Shown: positions 26,578-38,815 of the stretch, one piece after another
Layout of the letters: every line of letters starts with the position of its first letter
Numbering within the stretch: position 1 is the first letter of the stretch
Made by a program: the position numbers and the translations under genes
The notes under the pieces: generated by a model
Database searches by the model: none
What the model was told of the DNA's origin: nothing
What the model saw: only the letters and a program-made list of their open reading frames with translations
Source of the DNA: Lama guanicoe
Lineage: Eukaryota
DNA length: 64,000 bases
Assembly: GCA_013239625.1 (NCBI GenBank)
Contig: MU054323.1
Coordinates: 13,749,950-13,813,949, forward strand
Direction: 5' to 3'

Positions 26578-29500
26578 TCATGATATTGAGCATTTTTTCA
26601 TGTGCCTGTTGATCATTTGTATTTCTTCCTTGGAGAATTGCTTGTTTAGGTCTTTTGCCCATTTTTGGATTGGGTTGTTGGTTTTTTTCTTATTGATTCG
26701 TATGAGCTGCTTATATATTCTGGAGATCAAGCCTTTGTCGGTTTCATTTGCAAAAATTTTCTCCCATTCTGTAGGTTGTCGTTTTGTTTTACTTCTGTTT
26801 TCCTTTGCTGTGCAGAAGCTTGTAAGTTTCATTAGGTCCCATTTGTTTATTCTTGCTTTTATTTCTTCTAGGAGAAAATTTCTGAAATATATGTCAGATG
26901 TTTTGCCTATGTTTTCCCCTAGGAGGTTTACTGTATCTTGTCTTATGTTTAAGTCTTTGATCCATTTTGAGTTTATTTTTGTATATGGTGTAAGGGAGTG
27001 TTCTAGCTTCATTGTTTTACATGCTGCTGTCCAGTTTTCCCAACACCATTTGCTGAAGAGACTGTCTTTATTCCATTGTATATTCTTGCCTCCTTTGTCG
27101 AAGATGAGTTGACCAAAAGTTTGTGGGTTCATTTCTGGGCTCTCTATTCTGTTCCATTGGTCTATATGTCTGTTTTGGTACCAATACCATGCTGTCTTGA
27201 TGACTGTAGCTCTATAGTATTGTCTGAAGTCTGGGAGAGTTATTCCTCCAGCCTCTTTCTTTCTCTTCAGTAATGCTTTGGCAATTCTAGGTCTTTGATG
27301 GTTCCATATAAATTTTATTATGATTTGTTCTAGTTCTGTGAAATATGTCCTGGGTAATTGGATAGGGATTGCATGAAATCTGTAGATTGCCTTGGGCAGT
27401 GTGACCATTTTAACAATATTGATTCTTCCAATCCAAGAGCATGGGATATCTTTCCATTTTTTAAAGTCTTCTTTAATTTCCTTCATCAGTGGTTTATAGT
27501 TTTCTGTGTATAATTCTTTCAGCTCCTTGGTTAGATTTATTCCCAGATATTTTATTACTTTGGGTGCTATTTTAAAGGGGATTGTTTCTTTACTTTCTTT
27601 TTCTGTTGATTTATCGTTAGTGTAAAGAAATGCAACTGATTTTTGAACATTAATTTTGTAACCTGCTACCTTGCTGAATTCTTCAATCAGCTCTAGTAGC
27701 TTTTGTGTGGACCTTTTAGGGTTTTCTATATATAGTAACATGTCATCAGCATATAATGACACTTTTACCTCTTCTTTTCCAATTTGGATCCCTTTTATTT
27801 CTTTCTCTTGCCTGATTGCTGTGGCTAGGACTTCCAGGACTATGTTGAATAGGAGTGGTGATAGTGGGCATCCTTGTCTTGTCCCAGATTTTAGTGGGAA
27901 GCTTTTGAGTTTTTCACCGTTGAGAACTATGCTGGCTGTAGGTTTGTCATATATAGCTTTTATTATGTTGAGATATGTTCCCTCTATACCCACTTTGGCG
28001 AGAGTTTTTATCATAAATGGGTGTTGAATTTTATCAAATGCTTTTTCTGCATCGATTGAGATGATCATGTGGTTTTTGTCCTTTCTCTTGTTGATGTGAT
28101 GTATTACATTGATTGATTTGCGTATGTTGAACCAGCCTTGTGTCCCTGGGATGAACCCCACTTGGTCATGATGTATAATCTTTTTTATGTGTTGTTGGAT
28201 TCTATTTGCTAAAATTTTGGTGAGGATTTTGGCGTCTATGTTCATCAGTGATATTGGCCTATAATTCTCTTTTTTTGTAGTGTCTTTGCCTGGTTTTGGT
28301 ATCAGGGTGATGGTGGCTTCATAGAATGAGTTTGGGAGTATTCCCTCCTTTTCAATCGTCTGGAAGAGTTTGAGAAGGACTGGTATGAGTTCTTCTTTGT
28401 ATGTTTGGTAGAATTCCCCGGTGAAGCCGTCCGGTCCTGGACTTTTATTTGTAGGGAGGTTTTTAATTGCTATTTCTATTTCCTTTCTAGTGATCGGATT
28501 GTTCAAGTGTTCAGTTTCTTCTTGATTCAGTTTTGGTGGACAGTATGTTTCCAGAAACTTGTCCATCTCCTCTAGGTTATCCAGTTTGGTTCCATATAGT
28601 TTTTCATAATATTCTCGTATGATATTCTGTATTTCTATTTTGTTTGTTGTAATTTCTCCATTTTCCTTTCTTATTTTGCTAATTTGTGCTCTCTCTTTTT
28701 TCTTCTTTGTGAGTTTGGCCAGAGGTTTGTCGATTTTATTTACTTTTTCAAAAAACCAGCTTTTGGTTTGGTTGATTTTTTCTATGGTCTTGTTAATCTC
28801 TATTGTATTTAATTCCTCTCTGATCTTTATTATTTCCTTCCTTCTGCTGCTTTTTGGGGCTTTTTGTTCTTCTTTTTCTAATTGATTCAGGTGGTGGGTT
28901 AACTTGTTTATTTGAGATTGTTCTTCTTTTTTGAGGAAGGCCTGTATCGCTATAAACTTCCCTCTTAGCACTGCCTTTGCTGTGTCCCATAGGTTTTGAG
29001 TGGTTGTGCTTTCATTATCATTTGTCTCAAGGTATTTTTTAATTTCAGCTTTGATTTCCTCATTGATCCATTGTTTTTTCAATAACATATTGTTTAATCT
29101 CCATGCTTTTCTTTTTTTCTCCTTTGTTTCTCTGTTGTTGATTTCCAGTTTCATGGCATTGTGGTCAGTAAAGATGCTTGAGATAATTTCTATCTTCTTA
29201 AATTTGTTGAGGTTTCTTTTGTGTCCAAGTACATGATCGATCCTGGAAAATGTTCCATGTGCACTTGAAAAGAATGTATATTCTATTTTTTGGGGGTGTA
29301 ATGCTCTGAAAATATCCACCAAATCTAGTTTTTCTATTGTAGTATTTAATTTCTCTGTTGCCTTGTTTATTTTCTGTCTGGAAGATCTGTCTAGTGATGT
29401 TAATGCAGTGTTAAAATCTCCAACTATGATTGTATTCCCATCAATATCCCCCTTTATCTCTGTTAGTAATTCTTGTATGTACTTAGGTGCTCCTATATTG

Positions 29501-29847
29501 GGTGCATATATATTAACGAGTGTAATATCTTCATCTTGTATCACTCCTTTAATCATTATAAAATGTCCTTCTTTATCTTTCTTTATGGCCTTTGTTTTAA
29601 AGTCTATTTTGTCTGAAATCAGTACTGCAACACCTGCTTTTTTGGCTTTTCCATTTGCATGGAATATCCTTTTCCATCCTTTCACTCTCAATCTATATGT
29701 GTCCTTCTCCCTAAAGTGGGTCTCTTGTATGCAGCATATTGAAGGTTCTTGCTTTATTATCCAGTCTGCCACCCCATGTCTTTTGACTGGAGCATTTAGA
29801 CCATTAACATTTACAGTAATTAATGATAGATGTGTGTTTATTGCCAT
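26578..29847 (-). CDS. LINE-1 ORF2p (APE-type endonuclease plus reverse transcriptase), truncated at 1089 aa by a premature TGA
   Basis: NVNGLN, QETH, GDFN, RIDH and TDHN endonuclease motifs; [28 protein letters not shown] and KYLGI RT motifs. Retrotransposon ORF, expression unknown. Confidence 0.93.
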   Translation of the reverse strand: MAINTHLSLITVNVNGLNAPVKRHGVADWIIKQEPSICCIQETHFREKDTYRLRVKGWKRIFHANGKAKKAGVAVLISDKIDFKTKAIKKDKEGHFIMIKGVIQDEDITLVNIYAPNIGAPKYIQELLTEIKGDIDGNTIIVGDFNTALTSLDRSSRQKINKATEKLNTTIEKLDLVDIFRALHPQKIEYTFFSSAHGTFSRIDHVLGHKRNLNKFKKIEIISSIFTDHNAMKLEINNRETKEKKRKAWRLNNMLLKKQWINEEIKAEIKKYLETNDNESTTTQNLWDTAKAVLRGKFIAIQAFLKKEEQSQINKLTHHLNQLEKEEQKAPKSSRRKEIIKIREELNTIEINKTIEKINQTKSWFFEKVNKIDKPLAKLTKKKKERAQISKIRKENGEITTNKIEIQNIIREYYEKLYGTKLDNLEEMDKFLETYCPPKLNQEETEHLNNPITRKEIEIAIKNLPTNKSPGPDGFTGEFYQTYKEELIPVLLKLFQTIEKEGILPNSFYEATITLIPKPGKDTTKKENYRPISLMNIDAKILTKILANRIQQHIKKIIHHDQVGFIPGTQGWFNIRKSINVIHHINKRKDKNHMIISIDAEKAFDKIQHPFMIKTLAKVGIEGTYLNIIKAIYDKPTASIVLNGEKLKSFPLKSGTRQGCPLSPLLFNIVLEVLATAIRQEKEIKGIQIGKEEVKVSLYADDMLLYIENPKRSTQKLLELIEEFSKVAGYKINVQKSVAFLYTNDKSTEKESKETIPFKIAPKVIKYLGINLTKELKELYTENYKPLMKEIKEDFKKWKDIPCSWIGRINIVKMVTLPKAIYRFHAIPIQLPRTYFTELEQIIIKFIWNHQRPRIAKALLKRKKEAGGITLPDFRQYYRATVIKTAWYWYQNRHIDQWNRIESPEMNPQTFGQLIFDKGGKNIQWNKDSLFSKWCWENWTAACKTMKLEHSLTPYTKINSKWIKDLNIRQDTVNLLGENIGKTSDIYFRNFLLEEIKARINKWDLMKLTSFCTAKENRSKTKRQPTEWEKIFANETDKGLISRIYKQLIRINKKKTNNPIQKWAKDLNKQFSKEEIQMINRHMKKCSIS

Positions 29848-30251
29848 TTTGAACTTATCTTTGCAGTTGAATTGGTATATCCTCTTTGTTCCTTTCTTCT
29901 TCCTTTTGTGGTTTGGTAATTTTCCTTTGTATTATCATGGATTTTATTTAATTTTTGTGACTCCCTTGTAAATTTTTGACTTGTGGTTACCTTTTTCTTG
30001 TAAATTTATTAGCCCATTACTATAACTGTTTTTATTAAACTGATAGTAATATAATCTCAAACCCACCCTACCGAGAAAAAAATTTAAAATGAAAGAAAAA
30101 AATACTCTATATTTTCTTCCTTCCCTTTCCCACTCTTAATGATTTAGATGTCTTCTTTTACAATTTTGTGTTTAGTCTTTTTGTAATTCATGAGTTATCA
30201 CCTTATCAGTTATGAGTTTCTCATTTCTGTAGCATCCTGCTTCTTTTCTAT

Positions 30252-30885
30252 TTAGAGTAGACCGTTCAGTATTTCTTTTAGCATGGGTTTAGTGTTGCTA
30301 AACTCTTTTAGTTTTTGGCTGTCTGTGAATTTCTTTATCTCTTCTTCTATCCTAAAAGATAGCCTTGCTGTATAAATATCCTAGGCTGCATCTTTTTTTC
30401 ATTCAGGACTTTGAATATATGTTGCCACTCTCTTCTGGCCTGTAGTGTTTGTGTAGAGAAATCAGCTGAGAGCCTTATGGGGGTTCCCTTGTAACTTACT
30501 CTTTGTTTTTCTCTTGCTGCCTTTAGGATCATTTCTTTATCCTTGACTCTGGCCATCTTGATTAAGATATGTCTTGGTTTGGGTCTGTTTGTGTTCTTCC
30601 TGTTTGGGATCCTCTGAGATTCCTATACTTGGATATCTGATGTCTTTAAGTTTGGGAAGTTTTCAGTCATGATTTCTTCCAGTACCTTTTTAATCCCCTT
30701 TAATCTTTCTTCCCCTTCTGGAACCCCTATTATGCTTTATATTATCCCATAGGTTCCTTATGTTGTTTTCATTTGTTTTTATTTGTTTTTCTCTCAGCTG
30801 TTCTGATTGGGTGCTTTCTGTTATCCTGTCTTCTAGGTCACTTGTTCGTTCCTCTGCATTATCTAGTCTGCTTTGTATAGCCCCT
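30252..30885 (-). pseudogene. L1 ORF1 remnant (end of coiled coil, RRM, CTD), 5'-truncated and frameshifted
   Basis: ILKAAREKQRVSYKGTPIRLSADFS...LQARREW is a classic ORF1p motif. Upstream SRLDNAEER...NLWDNIK, a frameshift near 30375, and the natural stop at ~30252. Confidence 0.9.
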
Positions 30886-30889
30886 TTTG

Positions 30890-31672
30890 ATTATTTTTAA
30901 AAACAGCTTTGAATTTGTGATATAATTCACATGCCTATAATTCATGTATTTAAAGTGTAGTTTAAATATACTTATATATTTATATTATTTATGCTTAAAC
31001 TTTAAATATACTTTATTATATTCAGAGGGCTTTGCAACCGTCACCATAAACTAATTTTAAAACACTTCCATCCCCCCTGAAAGAAATCCTGTACCTAGTA
31101 GCATTAAATCCACGTTTCCCTCCTGTCTTCTTCTCCTAGCTCTAAGCAGCCAGTAATCTACTGTTTATACATTTTCTTATTCTGGACAGTTTTTGTAAAT
31201 GGATTTGTACAATATGTGGCCTTTTGTGACTGGTTTCTTTCACATAGCATAATGTTTTCAAGTGTTAAACATTGTAGTATGTGTTAGAACTTCATTTCTT
31301 TTTATGACTGAAATAATATTCCTTTGTATGGTTATGTCACATTTTATCCATTCATCAGTTGAGTTGTTTGACTCATTTGAGTTGTTTCTCTTTGACTGTT
31401 TGTATTGAGATACAAATCCTTTATCACATGTATGATTTGCAAATATTTTCTCCCATTCTGTGTGTTGTCTTTTCACTTTCTTGGTATCATTTACAGCAGA
31501 AAGTTTTTATTTTTGTTGTAGTCAATTTACAAATTTTTTCTTTTGTTATCCATCTTTTGGTATCATTTCTAAAAATCCGTTGCATAACTCAAGCTCATGA
31601 GGACTTACTCTTTATGTTTTCTTATGACAGTGTTAGAGTTTTAGCTTTTATAATATGTCTATGATCCATTTG
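30890..31672 (-). mobile_element. Old L1 (L1MB-like) 3' end plus ORF2 remnant
   Basis: acagctttgaatttgtgatataattcaca...tacaatatgtggccttttgtgactggtttctttcac; remnant translation [20 protein letters not shown]. Confidence 0.88.
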
Positions 31673-32849
31673 TTTGTCCTTTCATCTCAGAGTTGATCTA
31701 AACACTAAATAATATCCTTTGGGAAAAAAATGGTCAAAATGACCCAATTCCTAGTAGCTCCAAATAGTGGAAAAGTTGATAAGAATTGTAGTACATGCTG
31801 AATATTGTTTTAAGCAGTTGTATCATGATTCCATGTGTGTTTCCTTTACTTATTTCTTGCCTGTGATAAGTTTTAAGTTTAATTTATTGTTTCACATTGC
31901 TGGCCAATTTAAGAAATAGTTAACATTCAGGTCTGGAACTGTTATTTTCAGTTTCTCCTTTTCCATGGTTATTAAATGTGCCTTTTCCCAATCTCATTAG
32001 TTTCTCATGTTTATTATGTTCTAGACGATATTTTAAAAGCCCTCATTCTTTGACAAGGCTTTTAAAAAAAGATAATAATGTTGTTCTGTATAATTATTCT
32101 GCAGTATTTACAGCCCTTAATATATTGTGGACATGTAATACACATTAAGCAAACAAAAGATTTATGCTTGACCTTTTCAGATGAATAGCAACTGGGTTAA
32201 GTTTCCTATTTAGTCATTGATCTGACTTCACTGATGCTTTCAAATTTAGTGATCCCCCACCCCCATAAAGCTCTAGTGTTAATCTGAACAAGAGAATGAG
32301 AAAGTTAACTTCTGAAGACGTTTAGTAATGATCAGGCCTTCTGTTATCTGGCATATCTTGCAAAACCTTGACCTTCATGTTTCTTTATAGTGTTGGACAC
32401 ATGTGTTATTAAGGGAGCCCTTGGCTTGTTCCCTTCACCTCTAGGGAAGTGATTATATCTGTTGTACTTACAGAAACTGTATCCCACATGGTGGTTGTCT
32501 TCCTGCTCCCTAGGAAATAATCTGCTGGAAATCAAAATACAGTTTCCACGCTTGACCACCTTCCTATATTCTGGAGCTGACCATTATTAATGGCATCCAA
32601 TTATTCGTAGCATTCAAGCAGCTGAACTTTGTAAACAGATCACAGTGGTTGGTATTTGCAGTCTGCTGGCTGGGTATAATAGGAGGAAGCAATGTCAGAT
32701 CCTTCCATCTTGAGGGAAAACAGCATGTCACTTGCATTCTTACCAGAATGCTATAAGAACTTGATTGCAAAATTTAGCATGTCATTATTTTATAAGCATA
32801 TATTTAGATGTGCTGGCAGGAACAGGGGGAAAAAGGTTGATACAGGTAA

Positions 32850-33002
32850 GCTTGACTTTTGTGAAATCTCTGGCTTACCCTACAACACTGCTAATTAACT
32901 GCATGACCTTTGGTAAGTCATCAGGTTTTTTAGCCTTAGTTTCCTCATCTCTAAAATGAGGGCATTTTGCCTACTTTCAAGGTTGATTGTGAGGATTAAA
33001 TT
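32850..33002 (+). mobile_element. MIR SINE fragment
   Basis: actgcatgacctttggtaagtca...ccttagtttcctcatctctaaaatgag...ttgtgaggattaaat. Confidence 0.75.
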
Positions 33003-34143
33003 ATAAAAAAAAAAACTATGAAACAATCAGGTAAGCAGAAGTTGTCCAATCATTGTCTATTCCTTGTCCATTGAGTCAGCATAAGCCCCAGCTCCAGCAG
33101 AGGTAAAAGGCATAGCACAAAAGCATTTTTATTCCTCACCAAAGTACAGGATAGGTTTTGACATGAATGCTGCTTTTTCATTCTGCCTTTTCCACAGCCC
33201 ACAAGTCAAAGGTTTTCCTTTGTTGTGCAGCAGTATTAAAGTGTGATATTTGTTTGTGGTGAAGGAGCCTAAGCATAAAAACTGACATCTATTTCCAGGT
33301 GGTTGGCTTTTGACCTCTCCATTTCCTTGACCATATTTTTCCTTTTGGTTGTCATGATGTATAATAGTTCTGATCCAGCTGCAGAAAAGAGCAAATTATT
33401 TACTTATGGAAGTACATTAATTCTCTCATGCCACTAGGAGGGGGATTTTCAAAGGAACTGACTATATAAATTTTTAGCCATGCAGTTTGAAGTGGGGTAA
33501 AGAAATTGACAGTTTATATTCACTAGAAGTTCACTGGCCTGTTTAAGTGGTCAGAGAATTCCTTCATTATGTCCTACTTCCTTGTCTCCATTTGAGATAC
33601 TCCAATGTCGTTTACATTCGAGTAAGAAAAAAATAATCTTTACTTTTGTAAGATTGCTACAGTAAAGATAAAACAGTTTTTAGAATTTCTTATATGCTGC
33701 TTTTCGTGGATATGTAGTGAATTTAATTTGCCATGAACACTGTGAAGCATCAAGCAAAACTTACTAAGAGAAATAGGAACTTAATTAGAGAAGGTAGCTA
33801 ATAGTGTCAGGTAGCCCAGAGGATAATTGGGGCTATTGTGAAATAGCCTCTGTTTTTGTACTCGAGGTGGACCATATGGCTATGTAAGCAGGCAAAGGGA
33901 AACCAGGGATTTTGTGGTGTCTCAGAACTCTGGTATATTCATCTTGCAAGGTTGGGCAATTTAGAAAGTGGCCCTGTCTGCCTTGTGGACTATGAAAGCC
34001 CATGTTGAGGGCATAGTTTTAAATCCTGACAGAGTTTCAAATGCTAGCATTTTATGTTTATTATTAAAGTTTTTTATCCGAGAAATGACAGTAACTGTCA
34101 GGGCTTAGTGAAATCATACATGCACTAGTATCCAGATGCTAAA

Positions 34144-34597
34144 TGTGATGGTTGAATAGTAGCCTCCAAAAGATATGTCTGTTTCCTAATCCGTAGAACC
34201 TTTGACTAGGACCTCATTTGCAAAAAGGGTCTTTGTAGATGTAACTAGGTTAAGGTCTTGAGGTGAGACCATCCTAGATTAACCCAATGGGTCCTAAATC
34301 CGAAGACAAGTATCCTTATACGAGAGAAGAGGAAAAGACAGACACACAGAAGAGGAGACCAGGGAGACAGAAGCAGAGTTTGAAGGGATGCAGACACAAG
34401 CTAAGGAATGCCAGCAGCCACTAGAAACTGAAAGAGACAGGAACAGAATCTCCTATAGAGGATTTGGAAGGAGTGTGGCCTTATTGACACCTTGATTTCA
34501 GACCTCTGGCCTCCAGAACTGTGAGAGGATACATTTCTCTTGTTTTTAAGCCACTCTTTTTGTGGTAATTTGTTACTGCAGTCACAGGAAGTAAACA
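34144..34597 (+). mobile_element. MLT1B/C-like MaLR solo LTR
   Basis: tgtgatggttgaatagtagcctccaaaagatatgtc ... ctccagaactgtgagagga...ttgttactgcagtcacaggaagtaaaca. Confidence 0.88.
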
Positions 34598-34832
34598 AGC
34601 ATAGTGTCTGGTACATGGTCAGTGTTCCATATATGGTCGGTGTTTTCAAATAAAGGAGACCGTTTTTAGGAGAAAAAAATGTGCTTGCAAAAATCCTTTC
34701 TTTACTCTTCCTCCCTGATTCTTATGACCTTAATTTACTTGCTTGCAATTCATTCATTCATTCATTCATTCAGTCATTTGATATTTATTAAGCAACCTCT
34801 CTGTGTTAGGATATTTAGTGCTAAGTGTACTA

Positions 34833-37800
34833 AATTTTTTTTAATTGAGGTGACATTAATTTATAACATTATATAAGTTTTATATGTACGTTGTAATTCA
34901 AATTCTGAATACATTACAGTGTGCTCACCACCAAAAGTCTAGCTTTCATCCATCACTGTATGGTTAACCCCCTTTCCCAATTTTGCCCTCCCCCCATCCC
35001 CTTCCCCTCTGGTAACCACCAGTCTCTTCTCTGTATCTGTGTGTTTGGTTTGGTTTTGTTTGATCATTTTTTTATATTGCACATATGAATGAAACCATAT
35101 GTATTTGTCTTTTATGCATTTCCTCTAGGTTGTCCAATTCCTTGGCATATAGGTGTTCATAGTATTCTCTTAAAACCCCTTGTATCTCTGTTGTATCCAT
35201 TGTAATTTCCCATTTTGTTTCTGATTTTATTTATCTGAGAATTCTCACTCTTTTCTTAGCGAGTATAATTAAAAGTGTCATTTTTGTTTCTATTTTCAAA
35301 GAACAGCTGTTAGTTTTATTGATACGTTCTGTTGTCTTCTTAGTTTCTTTTTCATTTATCTTTACTCTGATTTTTATTATTTTCTTCCTTCTGATGTCTT
35401 TGGACTTTATTTGTTCTTTTTCTAGTTCCTTAAGGTATAAGGTTAGATTGTTTATTTGAGAGTTCTCTAGTTTCTTGAGGTAGGTCTACACTGCTATAAA
35501 CTTCTCTTTTTATCCCACTTTTGCTGTATCCCATAGATTTTGGTATGTCATATTCCATTTGTCTTCATGTATTTTTTAATTTCCTCTTTGATTTATTTCT
35601 TGACTAAATGGTTGTTCAGTAGCATGTTGTTTAGTCTCCACATATTTGTGATTTTTTTCCAGTTTTTTTGTAATTAATTTCTAGTTTCATATCACTGTGG
35701 TTAGAAAAGATGCTTGATATGACTCCAGTCTTTTAAAATTTATTGAGACTTGTTTTGTGTTCCCACATATGGTTTATCCTTGAGAATGCTCCATGTGGAC
35801 TTCAAAAGAATGCGTATTCTGCTCCATTTGGACAGAATGTTTTCTGTAAATCTATTAAGGCCATCTGGTCTCACGTTACATTTAAGGTCTATTTCTTGTG
35901 TTTGAATAATCTACCCACTGATTTATGTGGAGGGTTAAAGTCCCCTATCATTGTATTGTTGTCAGTTTCTCCTTTAAGGGCTGTTAATAATTGCTTTATG
36001 TATTTTGGTATTTCTGTGATAGGTACATATGTATTAATAAGTGAATTGTTCTCTTTTCATTATAATGTCTGTCTTTGTCTTTTGTTACCTTTTTTGGCTT
36101 GAAGTTAGTTTTGTCTGATATGCGTATGACTATCTCTACTTTCTTTGGCTGCCATTGGCTTGGAGTATCATCTTTCACCCCTTCACTTTGAGCCTATGTT
36201 TGTCTTCAGAGCTGAGTCTCCTGGAAGCAGTATATAAGTCTTGTTTGTTTTTTTTTTAAATCAAATTAGCCAATGGATTTTTTTTAAATCCATTCAGTCT
36301 TTTGATTGGTGAATTCAATTCATTTATGTTTATGGTGTTCATTGATAGGTGAGGACTTAATACTGCCACTTTATCTTGTTTTCTGGTTGCTCTATAGTTC
36401 AGTCATTTTCACTTGTGTTTCTGTTTGCCATTTTAGTTTGATGTTTTTTTCTATAATATTTTATTCAGTTTCTTTTTCCGCTAAATGTTTTGTGTCTTTG
36501 CTCTAGATTTGTTTTTGTGGTTACCATGAGGTTTGCATAAAATGTCTCAAAGATAGTATAATCCTTTTTCTGATGATAGCATCTTATCTTCATTTGCATA
36601 TTTGAGTTTTGTCCTTCTCCTCTTTTATGTTATTATCTCAAATGATCCTTCTTTATGTTGTGAGTTTGTTACCTAATTGAAGTAGCTGTTATTATTTTTG
36701 CTACCTTTCCCTCCTTGTTAAACTTTTTACTATATAATCAGTGCTCAGCAACATATTCTGATATAGAGTTGAAAATTTCTGATACCGTCTATCACCTTAC
36801 TCAGAGTTTTGTGTACTTTTGCCTTTTCATTTCAGGTAGAAGATCTCCTTTCAGCATTTCTTGTAAGGCCCGGCTAGTGGTGACCAGCTCCTTCAGTCTG
36901 CGAAAGTCTTTGTCCTTCCTATCTGAAGGATAACTTTGCTGGATAGATATTCTTGGCTGATAGTTTTTAATCTTTCAATATTTTGAGCCTCTCCTGGGCT
37001 GTAGTGTTTATGCTGAGAAATCTTTTGACAGTCTAATGGGGGTTCCATTGTAGGTTACTATCTTTTTTACCCTTTATAATACTTTCTTTATCATTGACTT
37101 TTGACAGTTTGAATATAACTTGTCTTGAAGAAGGTCTTTTTGCGTTGAGATAATTAGGTGTTCTCTTAGCTTTGTGGACTTGTATATACCCAATTCCTTC
37201 TCCAGGTTTGGGAAGCTCTCAGCTGTTATTATTTTTAAATAAACTCTTTGCTTCCTTCTTTTCGTCTCCTTTTGGGATACTCATTATCCTTATGTTGTCT
37301 TTCCTGATAGAGTTGGTTAATTATTATAGTTTTCTTCATTAAAAAAAAAAACCTCTTAGTTCTCTCTCCTCTTTTACCTGAATCATTTCTTTATTTCTGT
37401 CTTCATGCTCACTAATTCTTCCATGTGGTCTACCCTATTGCTAGTGCTTTCTTATTGCATAATTCATCTCATTTATTGAATTCTTTAGTTCTAGAATTCC
37501 TGTTTAGTTCTTTTTTAGAGTTTCAGTCTCTTTGGTAAAGTACTCTTCTGTTCATTAATTTTATTCCTAGACTCCTTGAAGTGCCTTTTTGAGTTTTCTT
37601 GTAGCTCTTTGGGTTTCTTCATGACAGCTGTTTTGAATTCTCTGTCAGTTAGATCACAAACTTCCATGACTTTAAGCTTGGATTTGGACAACTGTCATTT
37701 TCTTTTTGTGATACTGTGTTATTGTGGTTTTTCCTGGTGCTTGATGAGTTGTTCCTCTGATGGCACATTTGAAGTAGCTTAACACTAATTTAGGTAAAGC

Positions 37801-38600
37801 TTTTTGAACTTTGATTCTAACAATTTAAAGATTGGTAATTACAGGCTTTTCTTTTGTTTTTCAGTGGGTGGTGTCATAGCTCAAGTTTTTGGTTTCTTTT
37901 ACCAGAGCTACCTCTGGCTATATTTTCTATCCTTTACCACCTCTGCCTGCCATTATGCTGGTGCCCTGATCATCATCACTGTGCCTCTGGGATGGCTGGT
38001 GCCTTGCTGCTACCTGTGTTGCTGGTGTCACTGATATTGCTTCCAGGATCACTAGTGTGGTGAGGGCCCCCACCATATCCAGGGTTGACTGGGTTGTGGT
38101 TACTGCTGCCATGGCAAGGGAGGGGAAGTGTGTGTGGGGAGCTGGGTGACTCTGCCATGTCTAGCATTGTAGGGTTCATGGGTGTCACTGCTACAGGCAG
38201 TGGGGTTGGAGTCATGGGCACCTCTGTGGCTGGAGGGATCACGTTGTCACCCTGCAACTGCTGCTTCCAAGTGTGCTGTGGCCACTGGCACCTCTGTAGC
38301 TGGGAATCTGGAGTTGTGTACACTGCCTGCCTGCAGCTGCTGGGTCCTCTGGGGCTGTGGGCTCAGCTACTGGGGCTTAGGGATTGGGATCACAGCTACT
38401 GCCTTCACTGTTCCTCTGGTTCTGCTTCCTTCATGTGTTCCAAATCACCCATCTTCAGGTATGTGGATGTGTGGATCCCTCTGGCATTTTGGTGTGTTAG
38501 GCAGAGGATCCTTTGTTGAGTTATGGATATTTTACTAGTTGTAGATTGAAAGGAAGAGACAAAGGAACCATCTGATGCTGCCTTGATGCTATTACCAATC
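34833..38600 (-). mobile_element. Old L1 (L1MA9-like) with 5' region, ORF1, endonuclease and 3'UTR but an internal deletion of RT/CTD; inserted in an L2 tail
   Basis: 3'UTR 34833-35110 joins directly to the post-EN ORF2 region at ~35115. EN runs to ~36350, ORF1 ~36840-37780, and a GC-richer 5' region to ~38600. actaaat occurs on both flanks; L2 (ttca)n tail at ~34750 with L2-like sequence resuming at ~38830. Confidence 0.85.
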
Positions 38601-38610
38601 ACTAAATACC

Positions 38611-38815
38611 TTTTTATTTTATTATTTATTTTTTAATTCTTATTTTTGACTGAAATTAGTCGATTTACAGTATTAATTTCAAGTGTATAGCTAAGTGATT
38701 CAGTTATGCATATATTTTCACTCTTTTCAATTATAACTCATTACAAGAAATTGAATTTAATTCTCTGCATTATACAGTAGGTCCTTGTTGTTTATTTATG
38801 TTACATATAGTAATA
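38611..38815 (-). mobile_element. Short L1 3'UTR fragment (same type as 25347-25708)
   Basis: Poly-T, then gtgtatagctaagtgattcagttat...tatacagtaggtccttgttg; aaatac on both flanks. Confidence 0.82.

Larger units (their letters stand above)
25753..30885 (-). mobile_element. Young 5'-truncated LINE-1 (~5.1 kb): partial ORF1, long spacer, near-intact ORF2, 3'UTR and short A tail
   Basis: 1089-aa EN/RT ORF, an ORF1 remnant and AATAAA plus A tail at ~25753-25777. Candidate low-complexity TSD tgtttattttt / tgattattttt, followed by aa (TTTT/AA endonuclease site). Confidence 0.98.

Noticed and set aside
26575..26580. Programmed readthrough or selenocysteine recoding of the ORF2 TGA
   Set aside because: The context is TGA-ATT rather than TGA-CTAG, no SECIS is evident, and the position is normally Leu (SLIIREMQ), so a simple nonsense mutation explains it.
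25802..29971. Plus-strand ORFs of 118-202 aa (25802..26185, 26555..27112, 27671..28027, 29363..29971)
   Set aside because: Antisense shadows of the L1; their hydrophobic Phe/Leu/Ser content follows from the A-rich L1 sense strand.
37804..38602. Cluster of overlapping 60-144 aa ORFs in a GC-richer patch
   Set aside because: Lies in the 5' region of the old L1; higher GC lowers stop frequency; no recognisable domain and too few CpGs for an island.
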